Source of the DNA: Geosiphon pyriformis uo1
Lineage: Eukaryota; Fungi; Glomeromycota
Length of the DNA: 64,000 nt
NCBI GenBank assembly: GCA_016748015.1
Contig: JAAOMT010000762.1
Coordinates: 1 to 64,000 of the forward strand
Direction: 5' to 3'
A program made the position numbers and the translations under genes. Below, one piece after another: positions 37,787 through 47,275 of this stretch. Each line of letters opens with the position of its first letter. Positions within the stretch are counted from its first letter, which is position 1. The notes below the pieces were generated by a model, which made no database searches, was not told where the DNA came from, and saw only the letters and a program-made list of their open reading frames with translations.

Positions 37787-37792
37787 CTTTTA

Positions 37793-38479
37793 TGTTATGG
37801 GTTGGAGTAACAAGCTAACGGATAGCAAGGGAAAACAGGATTGTAGGATGATGGAAATAATCAAAGAGAATTCAACTTCAATGAGCAAATTGAATGAGTA
37901 TGGATTCAATGTGTAAGATCAGTCTCATAAAATATCTCAGTCACTATTCTTTTCAAAAGGTAACAAGGGAATCTAAAAGTAAAGAGATAGTTCGTACTGT
38001 TAACAATTGATAACCGCTAGTATAATTCTATGCCTCATGTCAGCACTCTTAGAATTCAATATCAGGTATCAACTTGTGCTCTTCAGTCACGTTTATTCAA
38101 ATAATCTTCAAATACTGCAATTACACATTTTAGGAAAGTGCCAACAAGTAATCTTTTATCCAAAAGATGTTCAGATACTTGAAGGTAGGGAAAGAGAAAT
38201 TAGTGATAAGAGAATGTTTCAGATGGAAGTTTGTTATTTTATTTCTTTGATTGTCTTGATTTCTTACATTGATATTTTTCTACAGCTAAGAGACTTATCT
38301 CTTATATATCTATTGAAAGTGGTCAACAACCAGGTTATTGATCAGGTCAATGATCAGGTCAACAGTCAGGTCATTGATCAGATCAATGATCACTATTTAA
38401 AAATAGGGTGGCTAATTATATGACATCAGTGGCTAATACATGTGATAACTAATAAAAACTATGAGTTTCAACCGTAACA
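37793..38479 (-). repeat. 5' LTR of G2
   Basis: tgttatgggttgg...caaccgtaaca. Confidence 0.95.
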
Positions 38480-38958
38480 ATAGTACCAATTTTCCAAGTA
38501 TTGTTATTGGAGTAGTTCTGTTTTGTGTTGGAATCAGGTGTGCTACACATTATCTGTTTCCATAGATTTAGGTTCTTCAGCAGTAAACCTGCTCCAGCTA
38601 CTCTGTTTTTTCACTTGCTTCAGTAACTTCTTTTTTTTTTTTTATGTTAACATATAGCTATGCTGGTCATTTATTAATTAAGCCACAGTAATGTGATGGT
38701 TTCACAAAGCCAGCTTACCCAATAATACAAAAATCACAAGATGCAGCTAACCACAAGTGGAAAGCTCTAACTACATGCTAGTACTACTTTTGCTACCTAA
38801 TGTATCAAACATATCTAATTCATACATCTTACCTATAATGCTAACAAGCTCATGACTATTCTTAACCATACCATTCATCCACTTAGCAGTTTGATCAGAA
38901 CTGGATTTGATTCTGGAAGGCTGATCTTCCCATAGTTGTATCATAACATCAAAGGTAT

Positions 38959-39668
38959 TGTTACGGGTTGGAGTAACAAACTAACAGATAGCAAGGGAGA
39001 ACAAGATTGTAAGGTGATGAAAATAATCAAAGGGAATTCAACTTCAATGAGTAAATTGAATGAGTATGGATTCAATGTGTGAGATCAGTCTCATAAATAT
39101 CTCAGTCACTATTCTTTTCAAAAGGTAACAAGAGAATCTAAAAGTAGAGAGATAGTTCGTACTGTCAACAATTGATAACTGCTGGTATAATTCTATGCCT
39201 CACGTCAGCACTCTTAGAATTCAATATCAGATATCAACTTGTGCTCTTCAGTTATGTTTATTCAAATAATCCTCAAATACTGCAATTACATGTTTCAGGA
39301 AAGTGCCAACAAGTAATTTTTTATCCAAAAGATGTTCAGATACTTAAAGGTAGGGAAATGGAAATTAGTGATAAGAAAATGTTTGAAATGGAAGTTTGTT
39401 ATTTTATTTCTTTGATTGTCTTGATTCCTTATATTGATATTTTTCTACAGCTAAGAGACTCATCACTTATATATCTATTGAAAGTGGTCAATGACCAGAT
39501 CAATGATTAAGTTATCGATCAGGTCAATGATCAGGTCAATGATCAGGTCAATGGTCAGGTCATTAATCAGGTCAATGATCACTATTTAAAAATAGGGTGG
39601 CTAATTATATGACATCAGTGGCTAATACATGTGATAACTAATAAAAACTATAAGTTTCAACTGTAACA
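38959..39668 (-). repeat. Solo LTR with 4-bp TSD gtat
   Basis: gtat|tgttacgggttgg...ctgtaaca|gtat. Confidence 0.95.
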
Positions 39669-39675
39669 GTATTAT

Positions 39676-40341
39676 TGTTACAGTTGAAACACATAGTTTT
39701 TATTAATTATTACATGTATTAGCCACTGATGTCATATAATTAGCCACCCTATTTTTAGATAGTGATCGTTGACCTGATCAATGACCTGATCATTGACCTG
39801 ATTATTGACCTGGTCGTTGACCACTTTAGATAGCTATATAAGTGATGATTCCCTTAGCTGTAGAAAGACATGATCAAAGTAACAAAATAAACAATATCAA
39901 TTACTTCCTCTCATAATCGCTTATTCCCCTTTCCTTACCTTCAAGTATCTACTTGTTGGCATTCACATATCTTATCTTTTCCCCTTCTTGATTTGTATTT
40001 GTTAGAATTAGCCTGAGAAGCAATTGGCTTGCTCTTGTAATTCATTGAATAAAGAAACAATTGAAAAGTACAATGATACCTGTTATTGATTCTAAGAATT
40101 GCCTAGTTGAGACATAGAATAATAGCAGTGGTGTTATCTTGTTGACAATCACGGACTATTCCTCTACCTTCAGATTTAAGAAAAGATTAGCGACTGTGAT
40201 TTTTATGAGACTGATCATGCACATTGAATTCTTACTTATTCAATTCACTCCCTTATTGTAATTCCCTCTTTGTTTATTTCCATCACCATACAATACTGTT
40301 CTCCCTTGCTATTTGTTAGCTTGTTACTCCAACCCATAACA
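39676..40341 (+). repeat. 5' LTR of G4 (666 bp, LTR subfamily 2)
   Basis: tgttacagttg...cccataaca; 4 units of the 12-bp array. Confidence 0.95.
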
Positions 40342-40347
40342 TAAAAG

Positions 40348-40366
40348 TGGTGCTCTCTGTGAGGTT
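40348..40366 (+). promoter_or_regulatory. Primer binding site of G4
   Basis: TGGTGCTCTCTGTGAGGTT. Confidence 0.9.
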
Positions 40367-40393
40367 GTCAAAATTCACTTATTTCTTCATTGT

Positions 40394-41706
40394 ATGGGTG
40401 ATTACTCATATCTGCCACAGCAATCAGAAGAACACTTTGTAGCATACAACAGAAACAACCAAAGTTTCATTGAACTTAATCCTCTGCCCTCCTGCTTGAT
40501 CTGCTTCCCCCTTGAAGAACAATCAAGTAAACAATTCCAAAACTTTTGGAACTGGTTCCTGAACGAGCATTTAGCTGAAACCTACACAGCTTATACAACC
40601 TATTACTTTGACCAAGCTTATTTTGAAAATGACTTTGAAGAAAGAAACAACAGTATCAATCAGCTCTTATATTCTGCAACCTTTGAACAACAGCCCCCTG
40701 ATTTCGAATATCTGAATCATCAAATCCACATTTGGATTACTGCCCATCAAGCAACTGAAACTCCCTTTAAAACAGAAAAAGAAAGCTACCAAACTGCCCC
40801 TGTTTTTGATTTTTTATCAAGCAAATCAGACTCATCTACACAAACAGTTACCTCTGAACCAATGGCTAATGACCCCATACAAGCAAACATTCTGGCCGCC
40901 CTCCAAGGTATACAAACTGCTCTAGGGCGAAGAAACAACACCCCAATACCATTATTTAGAAGTGATGCACAAGATCCAATTGAATGGTTGGATGACTTTG
41001 AAAGAGCTGCTACAGCCAATCAATATAATGATGAGTACAAGTTCCAAATTGTTGGTGGCTACCTTCAAGGATCTCCTGCTACCTGGTTCTCACAAGAAAC
41101 AGATGCCAATGTCCAGCAAAGAATCGTTAGATGGACACCAGCAAATGTGGGAGAAATCAACACTTCTTTCACTACCCGGTTTGAAAACAAGTTCAGAACC
41201 CCAATATTAATATCAAAATGGCATATGGAATTGGAAAGAAGAACCCAAGGTCCCAGTGAAGTTGTAACCAAATACGCCAAAGCAATCAGAAAGTTAATCA
41301 AATGAGTAGACACTGGAAGAAATTGGACAGAAGAGCAGAAAATTCACTCCTTCACAAAAGGATTGAGAACTGATCTATTGTATGCTCTTTGGCCCCTCCT
41401 GGCCCTGAAAGATAATCCCACCATGGATATGGCCATTGAATTAGCACAAAGAATTAAAGACAACCAAAGGATGCACTTGGGATCCACACTACCAGTTTTT
41501 GCTCCTGTTCCTGTCATGGCTCCTGCCCCTTAAATGGCTACTACTTCTTTTGCCACTCACACTCAAGATCCAAATGAACAGTTAATAGACAGACTCACAG
41601 CAAATCTTGTTCGGTTATTAGAACCCTTAGCCCAAGCAGTCAGAGAAAATCAGCAACCACAAAGACCCAGATTTGAACCACGCTTCAATCAGCCCCAGCA
41701 ACCACC
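40394..41706 (+). pseudogene. gag: G4 gag (3' end lost in assembly gap)
   Basis: MGDYSYLP...; internal stops at 41303 and 41531. Confidence 0.9.
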
Positions 41707-42001
41707 NNNNNNNNNNNNNNNNNNNNNNNNNNNNNNNNNNNNNNNNNNNNNNNNNNNNNNNNNNNNNNNNNNNNNNNNNNNNNNNNNNNNNNNNNNNNNN
41801 NNNNNNNNNNNNNNNNNNNNNNNNNNNNNNNNNNNNNNNNNNNNNNNNNNNNNNNNNNNNNNNNNNNNNNNNNNNNNNNNNNNNNNNNNNNNNNNNNNNN
41901 NNNNNNNNNNNNNNNNNNNNNNNNNNNNNNNNNNNNNNNNNNNNNNNNNNNNNNNNNNNNNNNNNNNNNNNNNNNNNNNNNNNNNNNNNNNNNNNNNNNN
42001 N
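41707..42001. other. Assembly gap (N run)
   Basis: 295 N. Confidence 1.
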
Positions 42002-45000
42002 TCGTTCTAGACCCCAATAAAGCTTCTACATCAACTGCTGACAACAATGAGCCCCCAAAAGCCAAAGTTTTCAAGAACCCTCCAAAGTTGGAACCCCTAG
42101 AAATAGTACAAAAATCTGGTCCCTATTCTGTTGTCAAAGACCTTATGGAAACCCCAGCACATATAACCTTTGGCCAATTGATGACCCATCCACAATTCAG
42201 AAAAGATCTTCGCAAATCTCTGATTCCAAAGAAAAAGACACCCAAAACCAACAAACACCCTCGCCAAGCTGGACTTGCTGACAATAGCAATGTCACTCCT
42301 CTAATTTGTAAAGCCCAAGTGGCTGGCTACTTCATCAATTTGATCCTAGACAGTGGATCATCTGTTAGTATTATTGCCAAACACTTTCTTGAAGCAATTG
42401 GCAGAAAAATTGATGAACCATCCACACGACCAATGACCAATATGCATGGTGATAAGAAAAAAGGGCTTGGCATAGCCAAAGCTATTCCTGTCTGCATCAA
42501 TGGCATCAGCATTGAAACTGATATAGAAGTGTCTAAAGCAAAAGAATACACCATCATTGTTGGCAATGAATGGCTCAAGAAAGCAAAGGCTTTGCTTGAT
42601 TATGAACTCTGTGAACTAACCATCAGATGTGGTGAGAAACCCATTGTGGTTAAGTGTCACCATTGGACAACTTCCCCAGTACCCAAGCAGAGTCCAGAAG
42701 AAAATGAATTAGATGAATCAGATAATGAAAAAAGTGAGGAAGAAGAAGAACAAGAAGAACAAGAAAAAACTGCTGAACTCGCCTATACCATCTTCACTAG
42801 CAATGACAAACCACTGGATAATGTCAAGGCAGATAAAGAAAGAATTATTGTCAATGGCAAGCTGATCTGCTGGCCTTATTATGACATGCTCAGAAGAACC
42901 TTTGACAGAAAGCCAGGCAAGAAAGCCAAATACAGTTATTGGTGGCATGGTCCTTATGCCCAGTGCTGGTGCGACAAACCGTTGTACTCTCCTAGTGATG
43001 AATGCATGTCCTGCCTGATCTATTACAAAGATTGGGAACCAATCAGCTTGATACCCCGAGAGGAAATAAAAGAAGTGCAAAAGTCCTTTGAAAACAAACC
43101 ACCTGAAATCCAATCACTGGTTGTAAAACAAAGAAAACCCTCTCCAGAAGAAAGAAAAGTAGACATTGAAAACCTGCTGGCTAGAAACAGCCCAGTTATC
43201 TCAAAAGAAGATGAACCTCCTGGACATACACATGTAATACAACACACCATCATCACCAGAGAAACTCGCCCTATCCATTTGAAGCCCTATCAATCCAACA
43301 GGCGCAATGATGAGTTTATAAAAAAGGAAATAACCCGAATGAAAACCCTTGGATTCATACAGGAAACCAAGAGTGAATGGGCATTTCCAGTTGTAGTGGT
43401 ATTTAAGAAAGGAGGAACCTTACGCTTTTGTGTTGACTATCGCCAATTAAATGTCATTACTGAAAGAGACATGTACCCACTTCCCAAGATTGATGCAATG
43501 CTAGACCAATTCCATGGTGCCGCTTTCTTCTCAACTATTGACTTAACTGCTGGATTCTGGCAAGTAGAGATGGATCCAGAAAGCAGAAAGAAAACTGCCT
43601 TCATCACCAAGTATGGTATCTACAAATTCACAGTCATGCCTTTTGGTCTCACAAATGCTCCTCCCACATTTCAATGCTTAATAGACAAAGTATTTGAATC
43701 AGTAAAAGAAAACTTTGTTCTAGTCTACTTGGACGACATAATGGTATACTCAAAAACACCTTGAACATTTGCAAAAGGTTTTTGACCTCCTTAGAAATGC
43801 TGGTCTCAAGATCAATCCAATCAAATCATTCTTTGGACGTCAATCCACCCAGTTCCTTGGCCATCTTATTACAAAAGATGGAATCTTCCCTGATCCAGCC
43901 AAAATTGAAAAAGTTCAAAACATTAGACAACCAATGAATGTTCATGAACTACGCTCTTTTCTTGGTTTGGCCTTTTATTATTGCAAGTTTGTCAAGGATT
44001 TCTCCAAAATCGCTGCTTCTCTCAATCAGCTACTTAGGAAAAACATCAATTATCACTGGAGCACTCATCAACAAAAAGCATTTGAAATTCTGAAGGAAAA
44101 ACTGGTTACAGAACCCATCCTCATGCAACCTAATATGGATCAACCTTTTATCCTCCACACTGATGCATCTGGCTATGGACTTGGTGCTGTTCTTTCCCAA
44201 AAAGATGAAGATAACAGAGAACACGTCATAGCATATGCCAGTAGAACTCTCACACCAGCAGAAAGGAACTACTCAGTTACTGAGCAGGAATGCTTAGCAG
44301 TAGTTTGGGCTACCAGCTACTGGGACAAATATCTTAAATTTTTGGTGGTAACAGATCACCAAGCTTTGGTTTGGCTACACAACAAAAGAAATCTGGAACA
44401 TAAACAGATAACTCGCTGGATACTCCACTTGGACGAATTTGACTATGACATTCAACACCGCAAAAGAGCTAATCATCAAAACGCTGATGCTTTCTCCAGA
44501 TTTACTATCCAGTGATAGTAAAACCCTCTCAAACCAAACCAACTTAATTATTTGTAACTCCCCCACAAACAAACACAATAATGGACTTGGACAACTACTC
44601 TGCTTTAATGAAATTTTTGGGTAAAGAACAATACCCGCTGGACTATACTCGACAGCAAAGAGAACATTTGCGCAAACAATCAAATTTCTATTTGATTCAC
44701 CAGAACCAGTTATATAAAAGAAATAGAAAAGATCCTGACTGCTCCCAGAGAGTCAATAGATTTGAAGAAAGAGAAATTGTGATCTACAATATGCACACTG
44801 ATCCATTAGCTGGACACTTTGGAAAAACAAAAACAATTCAGAAAACTTTAGCTCATTATTATTGGCCTACCTTGGGAAAAGACATTGCTGAATACATCAA
44901 AACCTGTGATACCTGCCAAAGAAGAGGAAAACCCAATCACAAGGAAGATATCCATCCAATCTTTGTTGGTCAACCATTTGATAGAATTGGTATAGATGTT

Positions 45001-45888
45001 GTTGGACCTTTAACAGTAACTCCTGATGGCAACAGATACATTATCACAGCTACTGACTATCTTACAAAGTGGGTAAAAGCAAAAGCCACCCCAGATCAAA
45101 CAGCAGTCTCAATTGCCAATTTCATTTATAAAGATATTATTTGTTGTCACGGCTGCCCCAAAGAACTTTTATCTGATAGAGGAAGAGCTTTTCTCAGTAC
45201 ACTGGTTGAAGAACTTTGCAGAAAAATGGGAATACGTCATAAACTCTCTTCTCCTTATCACCCCCAAACAAATGGCCTAGTGGAATGTTTCAATAAAACA
45301 CTATGTGAAACCCTAGCCAAAACCAGTGAAGAAACCAACCTATGGAACAAAGTATTGTCTTCAGTCTTGTTTGCTTACAGAACTGTGAATCATAACATAA
45401 CAAGTTATGAACCCTTTTATCTGCTCTATGGACGAATGGCAACTCTACCAATAGAAACAGATATAGAAACAATATCTTTTGAAGAAATAACAATAGGAAA
45501 TTACAAGAACATTTTGCAAAGAAGACTTAGTACTATTCTTGACTCATTAATAGAAGCATGGATAATTGCCTTTGAAAAAATAAAACAGGTCCAAGAGAAG
45601 CTCAAAAAGAAAAAGACCTATAAAACACTTTCCTTAAGTGTTGATGACTTAGTTTTGGAATATCATTCAGACAGAGACAATGTCTATGGTGATAAATTCT
45701 CTAGCCGGTAGAAAGGACCCTTTATAGTCAACAAAGTTTTGAACAATGGTTCTTATATCTTACAAGATCAATATGAAACAATATTCAGTGATCATCCTGT
45801 TCATGGCACATGACTCAAGAAATATCACAAACGACCTGATTGGTTACCTGTTGTGGTAATACTGACCCAAATGATCAGCAAAAATTAG
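42002..45888 (+). pseudogene. pol: G4 pol (PR-RT-RH-INT), few lesions
   Basis: LILDSGS, YLDD, LHTDASGYGLGAVL, HHCC, DDE core, GPF; no chromodomain evident. Confidence 0.93.
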
Positions 45889-45935
45889 ATATAAATAAAT
45901 GCACCATTCCCAAAACAGAGGTATCTTCAATTGAC

Positions 45936-46592
45936 ATGAACAATTATTTCCTGGATTAAAACATTCAAAACACTTTCTATACTCTCCATGAGTACTGGAT
46001 CAAGAACTATCCAAATGCTACTCTGACTATTGGAAAACAAACCACTATAACAGACAACAGTGGAACTCACACTGTTATTAGACCAAAGAAAACAACTACC
46101 AGAAGAGAAAGAATTGGTGGCAAAATGAATAAATACCTGTTGGAAAGCATAACAGCAGTGATACTTTCACCTTTTAGCACAATTGGAAAAACAATACAAG
46201 AAATCTTGCCCATAGACAAAAACTTGTCATATAGAAGACAACTAGAACTCTATGGTCATCTTGGTGAAATTATAGAAGACATGAAGCTCATAAAGAAAAC
46301 AACTTCAGAAATACAAGTGGAAATTTTGGGCATTATATGATTGGATGTCCCAAGAGTTTTGACTATTGCAAGAAGAGCCAGAACTCTTATACAAAGATTT
46401 GGTCTCTTAGATACAAAGCTTATTTCGCCTCAAGTACTATATACTCTATCCACAAAAGACTTCAACAAACTAGTTAGTTTTGAGTTAGACAAAACTCTTC
46501 ACATAGACTATCCCATAAATAGTTTGATTTTGCTGGAGCTCAATCTCTTTGGAGAAAATGATATTATGGTTGAAACACATAGTTTTTATTAA
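45936..46592 (+). pseudogene. G4 ORF3 of unknown function, running over the PPT into the 3' LTR
   Basis: Single frame from ATG 45936 with stops at 45957 and 46338. Confidence 0.7.
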
Positions 46593-47275
46593 TTATCACA
46601 TGTATTAGCCACTGATGTCATATAATTAGCCACCCTATTTTTAGATAGTAATCATTGACCTGATCAATGACCTGACCGTTGACCTGATTATTGACCTGAT
46701 CATTGACCTGATCAATGATCTGATCATTGACCTGATTGTTGACCTAGTCGTTGACTACTTTAGATAGCTATATAAGCAATGATTCCCTTAACTGTAAAAA
46801 AACATGATCAAAGTAACAAAATAAACAATATCAATTACTTCCTCTCATAATCGCTTATTCCCCTTTCCTTATCTTCAAGTATCTACTTGTTGGCATTCAC
46901 ATACCTTATCTTTTCTCCTTCTTGATTTGTATTTGTTAGAATTAGCCTGAGAAGCAATTGGCTTGCTCTTGTAATTCATTGAATAAAGAAATGATTGAAA
47001 AGTACAACGATACCTGTTATTGATTCTAAGAATTGCCAAGTTGAGGCATAGAATAATAGCAGTGGTGTTATCTTGTTGATAATCATGGACTATTCCTCTA
47101 CCTTCAGATTTAAGAAAAGATTAGCGACTGTGATTTTTATGAAACTGATCACACATATTGAATTCTTACTTATTCAATTCGCTCCCTTATTGTAATTCTC
47201 TCTTTGTTTATTTCCATCACCATACAATACTGTTCTCTCTTGCTATCCATTAGCTTGTTACTCCAACCCGTAACA
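46562..47275 (+). repeat. 3' LTR of G4 (714 bp)
   Basis: Direct repeat of 39676-40341 with 8 units of the 12-bp array. Confidence 0.95.

Larger units (their letters stand above)
29832..38479 (-). mobile_element. G2: Gypsy LTR retrotransposon with an internal ~1-kb duplication of the frameshift+protease module
   Basis: ORF3 30408-31085, INT 31586-32353, RT/RH 32505-33701, two protease copies, gag 36187-37740, PBS 37768-37786, LTR 37793-38479. Confidence 0.92.
39676..47275 (+). mobile_element. G4: structurally complete Gypsy element with TSD ttat
   Basis: LTRs 39676-40341 and 46562-47275, PBS 40348-40366, gag from 40394, pol to ~45888, ORF3, PPT 46551-46561. Confidence 0.95.

Noticed and set aside
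38007-38423. 110-138 aa antisense ORF recurring in several LTRs (also 18783-19175 and 39172-39510)
   Set aside because: Starts at TTG with no conserved ATG, is partly made of the 12-bp array (VNDQ repeats) and is absent from LTR subfamily 2; recurrence reflects repeat identity.
41534-42074. ORFs spanning X runs
   Set aside because: Artefacts of the N gap.
46635-46756. CRISPR-like or nuclear-receptor (AGGTCA) array
   Set aside because: Contiguous 12-bp tandem units without spacers; eukaryotic LTR context; no basis for assigning a binding factor.
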